Below are positions 9,868 to 18,731 of a DNA stretch of 64,000 nucleotides, one piece after another. The first letter of the stretch is position 1; every line of letters begins with the position of its first letter. A program made the position numbers and the translations under genes. The notes beneath the pieces were generated by a model. It did no database searches. It was given only the letters and a program-made list of their open reading frames with translations, and had not been told where the DNA came from. Source of the DNA: a virus; the UHGV virus genome UHGV-0214148. One strand, given 5' to 3'.

Positions 9868-11487
9868 TTATGGGTTCTTTAATAACGCTTGCGTTGCACG
9901 TTTAATCACGTTGTTGATAGGATTGATTTTAAAGTTCCCATCAGAATCGAACCAGTAGTTTTTCGAGTGTATCCAATTTCGGTTTTCCTCGAGCGCTTCC
10001 TGGGACATAGGCGCGTTAAACGACCCGGTATCGCCGTCGTAGTCACCTCCTAAGCCACCTAGACGTGAGGGGTGTGGTGCCATCGACTCAACGAAGGTAG
10101 GAACCGACCGGTCAGGGTAGCTGATAGCCCCTCGGGGTTTTTCAGTTTCCCAGTCATCTTCCAGTTCTTTTAAGTATAAAGATGACGTGGTGGTCTCCAA
10201 TCTTATGGTCGATGAATACGTCGAGCCTCGGCCTGTAACGGGATAACGTGTAACGAAACCGAAATAATCGTTCCAAAGTTCGTAGCCCGACAAATAAAGC
10301 AATTCGACGAGTGTCATACCGTGGACGAATTTTCGGTCAAACGTTTTAGGAAGTTCTTCAATATCGTAGAACACCTTAAAATGTTTGGTGTCTTGGTAAA
10401 CCAACGCAATGTAGTGGGTGTCATCCAACATAATCGGCTGATGGCGAAGCTCGCGAGCTTCCATTCGGTTGATTAAGGATTCAATCCCGTCGTCGGTGGT
10501 AAAGGTGTCGTATACACGACCACCTACTTCCAAGAATTCACGTTTAAGGGTTTTGGTGTTTACGCCGTAAAGGTTGCCATCACCAGCACGGATGTTACCG
10601 AGGTAACGTTCACGTATTTGGTACTGCGCAACAGGGAGTAATGCTTTTAAACCCTGGTATAAACCAATTTTGGTGTCGGTAGGACGAATAGCGTCTTCAC
10701 GACCCATGCACTTAGACCCCGTCGAGAACGAGGACAGTACGTTACGTGTCCCGTTCATTAATTTACGAGACGTAACCTTACGACGTTGGAAACCCCCTTT
10801 ACCGTCTTGGATGTTAAAGAAATACATCCAGATATCGTTGAAGGTTTGTTGCAGCTTCCAGCGCACGGGGTTAGTTAGTTCAACACGGGTTGCTCGGTCA
10901 GGGATCGCCCTGGCGAGTGATACCAACCGACGATACATCCCGCCGATTTCTTCTTCCTGTTCTCTACCATCTTGTCGAATTACTAAATCGCGTAAACCCG
11001 CGGGTAACACGAGAACGTATCGACTAAGACTAACGGGACGGAATTTCAAAAAGAAATCCACGGTTTCGTCACGTTGTAGGGACTCGTTACGCTTAGGTTT
11101 TAAATCGTTATAGTGACTGAGGAAGAAGTTAAAACCGGTATCTGCGCCTGGGTCTCCCGGCAAGGCCGGTTCGAAATCTTTTTCTTTTTCGCTCCAGGTT
11201 GCGTAGCGTTTTCCAGAACAAATTTCTTCGTAGAGTTGTTTGAGTTGGAATAACGCCAAACACACCGTCGGCGAAATGATATCGAGTTTAATATCGATAT
11301 AAGAGAAAGTAGAGTCTCGCGCTTCACTCCCCGTGAGTCCAAATATCTCTGTAGAGTAAAGACCTTCGGGGTGAAAGTTTTTTGTTAACCCCTGGAAAGT
11401 ATCCGTGGTCGTGACGGGTCGTAATCGCGACACAAGAGACTTGTTTACATTGAGCAGATAAAAGTCAACCCAATTAAGTTTATTCAC
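9868..11487 (-). CDS. multisubunit RNA polymerase beta-prime-subunit-like protein (N-terminal portion with catalytic DxDGD)
   Basis: 539-aa ORF, GTG start with AGGAG SD. GGDYDGDTGSFNAPMSQEA resembles NADFDGDQMAVHVPLTLEA; KGGFQRRKVTSRKLMNGTRNV resembles RpoC [21 protein letters not shown] (from memory). Confidence 0.65.
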   Translation of the reverse strand: MNKLNWVDFYLLNVNKSLVSRLRPVTTTDTFQGLTKNFHPEGLYSTEIFGLTGSEARDSTFSYIDIKLDIISPTVCLALFQLKQLYEEICSGKRYATWSEKEKDFEPALPGDPGADTGFNFFLSHYNDLKPKRNESLQRDETVDFFLKFRPVSLSRYVLVLPAGLRDLVIRQDGREQEEEIGGMYRRLVSLARAIPDRATRVELTNPVRWKLQQTFNDIWMYFFNIQDGKGGFQRRKVTSRKLMNGTRNVLSSFSTGSKCMGREDAIRPTDTKIGLYQGLKALLPVAQYQIRERYLGNIRAGDGNLYGVNTKTLKREFLEVGGRVYDTFTTDDGIESLINRMEARELRHQPIMLDDTHYIALVYQDTKHFKVFYDIEELPKTFDRKFVHGMTLVELLYLSGYELWNDYFGFVTRYPVTGRGSTYSSTIRLETTTSSLYLKELEDDWETEKPRGAISYPDRSVPTFVESMAPHPSRLGGLGGDYDGDTGSFNAPMSQEALEENRNWIHSKNYWFDSDGNFKINPINNVIKRATQALLKNP

Positions 11488-11516
11488 GCTAAATCTCCTG
11501 ATACGGATTAAACGTT

Positions 11517-14500
11517 ATGGCTAAAAAAGGTAAAGATGATTTCGATGAAATCGATCTTGATAACATGGACGACTGGGACGATTTTGATGAGCCCCCTCGT
11601 CAACAAGACCAATCGCGTAACCCGGTCATGGACACATTTCGTGCTGCCCGTAAGTCGGCGTTGTCGACTATCTGGCCCGAAAACAAACGTGATCAGGTTA
11701 TTTTAAAAGGGATGCCTAAACCTGCGGCAGAAGCCTACGAAGGCTATCAAAACGTTAAAGCTGCAGGTCAAGACATTCTGGCCCATACGAAAGACGAGAT
11801 TGAAAAGACGTCTCGCGTCGTTAAGATGCAAGCGAGACAGTTAGGCCCAACACTGAAACGGTATTTACCGGAATCCGTAACACGGAAAATCGACAAGTGG
11901 GCACGTAACGATCAAATCGACTATGGGAATTACGATCCTAAACAAGCGATGATGGATCGTGAGCTGGACAGCGTGTTCTCAGGCGCACCGCAGACAGCTG
12001 ACCAGCAACGTGAGATGCAAGAGGGGATGGTTGAAGACCGCTTGCGCGACACGATTAAGGACATGAAGTCCGACGCGCTGTTCCAGACCGTAATCGGTAT
12101 TGCAAAAGACGTCAACTTAACGACTAGCTTAAGTCGTGGCGTATTGTTAAATGTTCAGCGTAAGCAGTTAGAGCTGCAATATCGGACATTGTTTGCTTTG
12201 CAGGATATTGCGAAACTCAAACAAGACGAGTTTGCACGCAACACCCCGGCATTAGAAGCCATCGTTAAGAACACAGCACTACCGGACTACGCGAAGGAAG
12301 AGTTTTCTGAAATTCGTTGGGCTAATGTAAAACGTAAAGCTGCGGAGTGGATGAACCCCTTACACTACGCAGACAATTTCGTCGATCAGATTCGTGAAAA
12401 TGCGAAGAAGAAAATCTCGAACATCTTTAGTGACGGTCGTGGGATTCTAGAACAAGTTCTAGGGATGGCTCAGGAAGATGACTTTGGCATGTCGGACAGC
12501 TCATCGTTGACTCCTGACCGCCGTAACACAAACTCGCGTAATAAAGCGGCAGGCTTTGCAGGTGGTTGGTTAGCAAAACGCCTCTTACAACCCCAGATCG
12601 AGCGTCTCCAAAACTGGACCCGTGGCGAGTTAGAGAAAAACCCAGAAGTAATGAAGCGGTTGGAAAAGCTGAATTACATCGTTAGTAATAAATCGTCACT
12701 TTCTAACTCAGCTATTGCGGGGGAGTCGAGCGGCTGGTTAGCGGACTTTTTCCGCCTGTTGAACGATGTAGGATTGGTTAACCCGCTACGTCGCGAAACC
12801 TTAGCATTAGACGATCGTTCTGCGGAATCTCTTTCTGCCGCGGCGAAATTCGATCGTAAAGCTTACCTTAGTATCACCGAAGTTATTCCGACGTTACTGT
12901 CCGAGATTAACAAATCTATTCGTCGTGGATATGGCGAACACCACGATCAGGTTTATGACCTGACCACGCGCGGTATGGTGGATCGCAAAGTTATTGGTAA
13001 TCGTGTACGTAAGGCCGTTGCTAATGACGATCAGCGCAAACGTTTACAGACGTACATCAACGACACTGTCGACTTTATCGATAAAGATAAAACGCTCGAT
13101 AGGAAAACACGTCAGGCGTTAGCGGACTACATCGAGTCTCGTGCCTCAGAAGGGAAAGCGTTCGATGTAGGGTCTTTATTGAAAGACCCGATGCACATGT
13201 ATCGGTACATGAACGCAAACGCTGTGGAAGCGATTCAGGGTGTTTTAGAAGCCCGTTCTGCGGAACTGGTTGGCGGACACCATGAACTGAGTAATGCGAT
13301 TTCAAACAAAATCGCCGCTATTCAGTCAACGATTCGTGCACGTCAAGACACGGTTGATGCTGCGTCTGTGATTTACGGCGAGAACGCACTTCGCGATTCC
13401 GGTATTTTTAAATACGATGCGAAGAACGACATTTTCGAGGTCGATAAGGACATTAACGATCCCTATACGCTATTTAACGACCTGTCGATGGGTAAGACCC
13501 GTTCTGGCCGTTCGTTAACCCGTGAGCAAGAGATTCAACGTAAGCTGCAAAATGGTTCTGCGTTGGGTGATTACTTGCGTCGGATGGGTGCAGGTGCAGA
13601 GCCGAGCTTTGAAGACAAAGAACTGTCCAACGTACGTGGTGGTGGAAAAGGTGGTCGCGGTCGTGGTTTAAGCGCCCGTCAACTCGCTGCTGTACTTTAT
13701 GGAGAGAAATCCACCAACTTTGTTGAGCTCTTAAGCAGCCGTCCAGATACGAACGCTGGGCTGGAACAACAGTTCGATCGATTGATTGATGCGGTACGTA
13801 AACAGTCCGAATCTAGCACCGTGCAAGATATCCTCAAACACGTTAAGAACATGGATGAGGAAGGTATTCTTCTGGCCAGTTTAGGCGGTAGTCGCGATGA
13901 CGGCGACGAATCTGAAAGTTCGAGTGAATCGGGCCGTAAACGTCGTCGTAAGCGCAAACGTATTGTACTAGGCGAGACAGGTTTGTTACGTCGCTGGGCT
14001 GGGGTGCTTTGGGATACCGGTTCTGGTGTAGGACGGTTTGGTAAGAATCTGTTCCTGCGCGGGAAAGATCGCCTACAAGCATTAGGTGGTTTTATTCGTG
14101 GGAAATTCTCAGGCGGTTCCTCCGAAGGTCCCGGCGTATTTAGCCGACTGAAAGGGTTAGTAACAGGTACATTATCGACGGGTTGGAATTCTGCCGTAGC
14201 TTTCGGTAAAGGTGTTTTAGGCGTTCGCGACATCTACGATGAACGTGGTAACGTCGTATTACAAGGAAGTCGTTTAGAGGCTGGGGAATATTACCAGGCT
14301 GACCCGAAAACTGAGAAGCTGATTCAACTTAAAACTCTCGACGATATTAAACTGGGACGTGACATCGTCGACGAAGCGGGTAATTTAATCTTAGCGGCTG
14401 CTGATTTGGCTGCCGCAGGTAAACTGCGCTTCTACAAAGGCGGTAAAGTTCAAGCGCTTTTCCAGTACATTTCTGGGAAAGCAGGAACGGCGGTAAACAA

Positions 14501-17500
14501 AGCTGTGACCTTACCGAAGAAACTTCTGGGTTTCATTTCGCCTAAAGCGGCTTCGTTGTTCGAGAAAGCACGCGAGTGGTTAAATGAGGTTCCAGAGGGC
14601 GCAGAGAAAACCCGTTTACAAAGCATGATTTCCCGCGTAACGGGGATGCCAGCTCGTCTGTGGAACAATGCAAAACGTGGGTTTGAGAAGCTCAAAGAGT
14701 TGGCTTCTGATAATCCGTTGACACGTTGGTGGCAGAACCGTAAGGAAGGGGGTTCTGGTGGTGGGTTTAGTGTGTTCTCGTGGTCGAATGGCCGCAAAAC
14801 TAACCACATCTTAATCCGTATCTACAAACTCCTTAACCGGAGATTGCCAGGTGAACCTGAAGATGACACCTGGACAGAACAGATGGAGCGGAATACAGGG
14901 GCCAGTTCAGTTAAAGGATTATTCCAACGTGCTAAGGACATACGCGATGGGTTCCGTGAACATTTTCAAGGGTTCCGGGATTGGCGTGGTCGGATGCGTG
15001 ACAGAATGTCCCGTTACCGCAGTGCGGTAGGTGGTCGTCTTTCTCGTTGGGGTGGTGCAGCACGTGATTGGTTTGACCGTTTCCGTGGCCGTGCAAGCGA
15101 TATGGTCGATACCTTCCGTGATCCGCGTTACGACATTGGAACACGTTATCGAATGGAGAGTCGTTTAGCAGGACGCGATGACGACGTTGCTGAGTTTTAT
15201 CGTCAACACATCTACGCAAGAGGCAAGGTGTCTAAAACACGTATCATCGATGCGGCAAAAGAAGACTTGGATACCGTAACGGATAGCGCTGGACGTGTGA
15301 TTAATAAAGGGAAACAGAAAGCCCGTAGCGTTGGGTCAGCTTTACTGGAACGCCTGAACCGAATGGTTAATCTTCAGGAAATGTCGTGGTTTAATACCAT
15401 GCGCGATTCTGCGGAAAAAGCAGGTGCTTCGGATGGTTTGTTAAGAACCATGTTCAGTAAGTTCGGTCAACGTAACAAGCCACCTGCCAGTGATGAAAAA
15501 CGCGATTACTTCCAGTTCTTCCGACGCCGTCGTCGCTCTAAGGAAGAGGAAAAGGCTAAGAAAGAGGCTGAGAAGAAAGGCGGTAAACGTGGGGTAATGG
15601 ATTTCCTTAAAGGACTGCCGTTGGTAGGGCCGATTGTGAGTATTTTAGGCACAGTGGGTTCAATCTTAGGTAAAGTCGCAAAATGGGGAATCTTCAAGCC
15701 TGTTGGGTTTGCAGGTAAAGCGTTGTGGAACGTTGGTAAATTTGCCGTAACCCGTTTGGCTGTCCCTGCGGTGAGTGCTGTCGCGACGGCAGCATCTGCA
15801 GTGGTAACTGCGGTTGGCTGGCCGATTATTGGTTTGGTCGCTGCAGGCGCTGCGCTGTCTTGGTTTGCGTATAAAACGGCAACCCGTGTGAATGCTCAGT
15901 ATCTGGATAACATGCGATTGGCACAGTACGGATTTAGAGATCACGATGAGTGGTCTTCCGACGATGGCGCAAAAGCACGTTATTTAGAAGACAACTTGAA
16001 ACCGTACATCTCTTATACAGAGAATGGTCAAGCACAGTTGCGTGGTTTGTCCGGTGACGACGTGAAGAAACTGGCCGAAGGGTTTGGTACTAACGTAGAA
16101 GACAAAGGCGAAATGCTGGCGTTTACCGCGTTTATGTTACAACGTTTTGTGCCGATCTATTTACGTTGGATTACGGCACTGAAATCCATGGATAATGATA
16201 TCGCGTTAGCAGATGTCGGTAATCCTGCGAAAGTGTCGAAAGCAGACATGCTTACCATCTTTAACAAAATGAAGATGACAAAAGATGCACCTGCTTTTAA
16301 ATCACTGACAGACCCCCGTAAAGTTAACCAAGGTTGGTTCTCTAAAGCGTGGGATTTCGTGACCTTCACACCGGCAGAATTTTTGTCAGGTGAAGAAGTT
16401 GTCGAAGCACAAGATCGTGTTTTCCGGTCTATCAACATGCGTCGCGATGATAAGCGTAAGGAAACAACTGGGGCCGGTGGTGTGCCTGAAGGACATAAAG
16501 TTGCTTCTGTGGCAGAATCTTCGCAGGTACTCGCGAAGAACGATACCGAGCGTAACGAAACTGTTGCTAAAGCTGAGGGTTGGGAAGACGGTACTGAACA
16601 GGTTCAAATTCAAGTTGACTGGAGAGCATTACCTGAGAAGAAAGATTTGGACGCGATGGAATCCGTCCGTTGGAAATCTTACGGTGTGAAATCTGTTAAT
16701 GAGACAACACGTACCCTCTTTAGGTTGCTTGAGAAAGAAGTGTTGAAAGACACGGATATCAAAAATTGCATTTATAAGGGCGATTGGAAGAAAGCAATTT
16801 CTGCGATTGCGCCTGATGCAATTGGCGGTCCAAAAGAGGAACGTTACAAGAACTGGTTCTATAATCGATTCTTACCTGTATTCATGACCTACGTTTATGG
16901 TGTAAAACGTTACGTGCCTCATGCCGATCCGTTGGATTTGAAACTCACAGGGGGGTTCCTCTATGAGCTGGCACTGATGATGCGTGGTGCTTACAACATG
17001 AAAGGGGGTATCCGACAGTCTGTGTGGGAAATCGCATTTAACCCGTTAGGAGGCGATGCGAATACCGATGCAGGTTCAGTGAGGGAAGAATTAGCAACGC
17101 TGAAAGAGTTGTCTAAAGAACCCGATCTGGCTGTAAGGAATATGCTCAAAGAAACACCGAGCACGCCTAAGCGTATGACATGGAAATCACCAGCGACAAA
17201 CTCCAGTGTCCATCAGACGAATGAAGATAGCAAAGAGCGTTATAAGGGAATTAACAGCTACGGCGAAGCTTCAAACGATGGCTACTTACCGAAAGGTGGT
17301 CAGTCCTACGGTACGCCAGGTGACTTATCACAAGTTGTCGGCGATATGGGTATAGGGAACTATGCGAAGTATTCCACTGGACAATCGGGTATCACCCTCG
17401 GTGAGTTACAAGACGGTGATTACAAGTCGTTAGTGACTAAATACCCAAGGGAAATGCTCGGTAAACCGATGCAGTCAAATACTGAAGCCATCAAGTCATT

Positions 17501-18683
17501 GATTATTGACGCGGCAAACATGGTGGGTATTCCGCCATCTGTTGCGATTGCGATGGCACAAGCAGAATCTGGCTTGCAGTATGGCAACTATCCTGGCGCA
17601 TCCTCTGGCAGACCGAGAAGTAATAAGATGACTGCCGCTGGCCTGTTCCAATTCACCAACGGTACTTGGAACGGGGTTATGAAGCAATACGCCCGAAGAT
17701 ACGGTATCCCACAAACCGATCAGTTCGACCCGTGGGCTAACGCAATCTTAGGTGTTAACTTCATTAGAGACAACATCAAGACCGCACAAAAGGATTTGGG
17801 TGGGATTGCCCCGCCACCGGCAGTAGCGTACCTGTACCACTTCTTAGGTCCAGGTGGCGGTGCTGAGTTCCTTAAAGCCTGGAAAACCAATCCTAACGGC
17901 TCGCCCGACAAAGTGAAGTATATTACACCTGCCGTTCTTAACGGTAACGAAGGTGTTTTCTACATCATGAACGGGAAGAAACGTGTTAGGATGCGTACGG
18001 TCGGCGAGGTTGTCGAGGAGCTGAACCGCCGTATGGGTGCGGTTGGAACTAACGAGATTGCAGCAAATCCTGCGTCTGCGAAAAACATGACAAAAGGGTT
18101 ATCTCCAGTTCCATCGTCTCCTGCAATTGCTGCGGGCGCTGCTAACGATCCGTCTATTGCTGGTCCGGCAGATAACCTACCAGCCGCGAACGAGGCGAAT
18201 CGTGACACCGCTTTAGCAGACAAAGGCGCGATGGGTGCTGAAGATATTAAAGCTGCAACGGGTGGTGGTCCGGCTGTGCCGAGTCCTGGCGGCGACGTTA
18301 CGCCGAGTGATGCGTCTGTCGTTGTAGAAACGGTGGGTAAAAATGCGCGTGCCGACGGCCTGGCCGAAGAGGAAGTTGCCAAAGTAAAAGAAGGTGCTAG
18401 ACAGCAAATGGAGAAATCCGCACGTCCTGCACCAACGGTAACGTCTGATGCACAGACTGCGCCAACAGTGAACAGCGGTGATCCGATTAGCGTACAACAG
18501 CTGGCGGTTGCAAAAGAGTCTGCGGGATATCTGAGGGAGATTGTTACAATTCTTCGTCAGCGGCCACAGGCTATGCAGCCATCCCCAGCGACCTCGGCAG
18601 CTTCTGCTCCGGGATCAGCATCACGTAACATCGCGGTTGAACAACCTGCCCGCCAACTCGATGTTGGTCGTAAACGGGCGTAA
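11517..18683 (+). CDS. giant virion-type protein with C-terminal lytic transglycosylase (SLT) domain
   Basis: 2388-aa ORF. SLT motifs AMAQAESGLQYG and AAGLFQFTNGTWNG near the C-terminus; acidic N-terminus; Arg/Lys-rich stretch; Gly/Ala-rich hydrophobic segment (LPLVGPIVSILGTVGSILG...); Ala/Pro-rich C-terminal tail. Confidence 0.8.
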   Translation: MAKKGKDDFDEIDLDNMDDWDDFDEPPRQQDQSRNPVMDTFRAARKSALSTIWPENKRDQVILKGMPKPAAEAYEGYQNVKAAGQDILAHTKDEIEKTSRVVKMQARQLGPTLKRYLPESVTRKIDKWARNDQIDYGNYDPKQAMMDRELDSVFSGAPQTADQQREMQEGMVEDRLRDTIKDMKSDALFQTVIGIAKDVNLTTSLSRGVLLNVQRKQLELQYRTLFALQDIAKLKQDEFARNTPALEAIVKNTALPDYAKEEFSEIRWANVKRKAAEWMNPLHYADNFVDQIRENAKKKISNIFSDGRGILEQVLGMAQEDDFGMSDSSSLTPDRRNTNSRNKAAGFAGGWLAKRLLQPQIERLQNWTRGELEKNPEVMKRLEKLNYIVSNKSSLSNSAIAGESSGWLADFFRLLNDVGLVNPLRRETLALDDRSAESLSAAAKFDRKAYLSITEVIPTLLSEINKSIRRGYGEHHDQVYDLTTRGMVDRKVIGNRVRKAVANDDQRKRLQTYINDTVDFIDKDKTLDRKTRQALADYIESRASEGKAFDVGSLLKDPMHMYRYMNANAVEAIQGVLEARSAELVGGHHELSNAISNKIAAIQSTIRARQDTVDAASVIYGENALRDSGIFKYDAKNDIFEVDKDINDPYTLFNDLSMGKTRSGRSLTREQEIQRKLQNGSALGDYLRRMGAGAEPSFEDKELSNVRGGGKGGRGRGLSARQLAAVLYGEKSTNFVELLSSRPDTNAGLEQQFDRLIDAVRKQSESSTVQDILKHVKNMDEEGILLASLGGSRDDGDESESSSESGRKRRRKRKRIVLGETGLLRRWAGVLWDTGSGVGRFGKNLFLRGKDRLQALGGFIRGKFSGGSSEGPGVFSRLKGLVTGTLSTGWNSAVAFGKGVLGVRDIYDERGNVVLQGSRLEAGEYYQADPKTEKLIQLKTLDDIKLGRDIVDEAGNLILAAADLAAAGKLRFYKGGKVQALFQYISGKAGTAVNKAVTLPKKLLGFISPKAASLFEKAREWLNEVPEGAEKTRLQSMISRVTGMPARLWNNAKRGFEKLKELASDNPLTRWWQNRKEGGSGGGFSVFSWSNGRKTNHILIRIYKLLNRRLPGEPEDDTWTEQMERNTGASSVKGLFQRAKDIRDGFREHFQGFRDWRGRMRDRMSRYRSAVGGRLSRWGGAARDWFDRFRGRASDMVDTFRDPRYDIGTRYRMESRLAGRDDDVAEFYRQHIYARGKVSKTRIIDAAKEDLDTVTDSAGRVINKGKQKARSVGSALLERLNRMVNLQEMSWFNTMRDSAEKAGASDGLLRTMFSKFGQRNKPPASDEKRDYFQFFRRRRRSKEEEKAKKEAEKKGGKRGVMDFLKGLPLVGPIVSILGTVGSILGKVAKWGIFKPVGFAGKALWNVGKFAVTRLAVPAVSAVATAASAVVTAVGWPIIGLVAAGAALSWFAYKTATRVNAQYLDNMRLAQYGFRDHDEWSSDDGAKARYLEDNLKPYISYTENGQAQLRGLSGDDVKKLAEGFGTNVEDKGEMLAFTAFMLQRFVPIYLRWITALKSMDNDIALADVGNPAKVSKADMLTIFNKMKMTKDAPAFKSLTDPRKVNQGWFSKAWDFVTFTPAEFLSGEEVVEAQDRVFRSINMRRDDKRKETTGAGGVPEGHKVASVAESSQVLAKNDTERNETVAKAEGWEDGTEQVQIQVDWRALPEKKDLDAMESVRWKSYGVKSVNETTRTLFRLLEKEVLKDTDIKNCIYKGDWKKAISAIAPDAIGGPKEERYKNWFYNRFLPVFMTYVYGVKRYVPHADPLDLKLTGGFLYELALMMRGAYNMKGGIRQSVWEIAFNPLGGDANTDAGSVREELATLKELSKEPDLAVRNMLKETPSTPKRMTWKSPATNSSVHQTNEDSKERYKGINSYGEASNDGYLPKGGQSYGTPGDLSQVVGDMGIGNYAKYSTGQSGITLGELQDGDYKSLVTKYPREMLGKPMQSNTEAIKSLIIDAANMVGIPPSVAIAMAQAESGLQYGNYPGASSGRPRSNKMTAAGLFQFTNGTWNGVMKQYARRYGIPQTDQFDPWANAILGVNFIRDNIKTAQKDLGGIAPPPAVAYLYHFLGPGGGAEFLKAWKTNPNGSPDKVKYITPAVLNGNEGVFYIMNGKKRVRMRTVGEVVEELNRRMGAVGTNEIAANPASAKNMTKGLSPVPSSPAIAAGAANDPSIAGPADNLPAANEANRDTALADKGAMGAEDIKAATGGGPAVPSPGGDVTPSDASVVVETVGKNARADGLAEEEVAKVKEGARQQMEKSARPAPTVTSDAQTAPTVNSGDPISVQQLAVAKESAGYLREIVTILRQRPQAMQPSPATSAASAPGSASRNIAVEQPARQLDVGRKRA

Positions 18684-18691
18684 CAGTAATC

Positions 18692-18720
18692 GGGGGTAGG
18701 TAACTACCCCCTACTTTTTT
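18692..18720 (+). terminator. intrinsic terminator after giant protein gene
   Basis: GGGGGTAG / CTACCCCC stem followed by TTTTTT. Confidence 0.6.
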
Positions 18721-18731
18721 AGAGGTATAAA

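Noticed and set aside
13697-14233. 178-aa minus-strand ORF inside the giant gene, with others (12 kb to 18.5 kb region, e.g. 14450..14809, 17960..18382)
   Set aside because: Antisense to the 2388-aa ORF, Pro/Arg/Ser-rich low-complexity translations typical of out-of-frame readthrough; no start signals.
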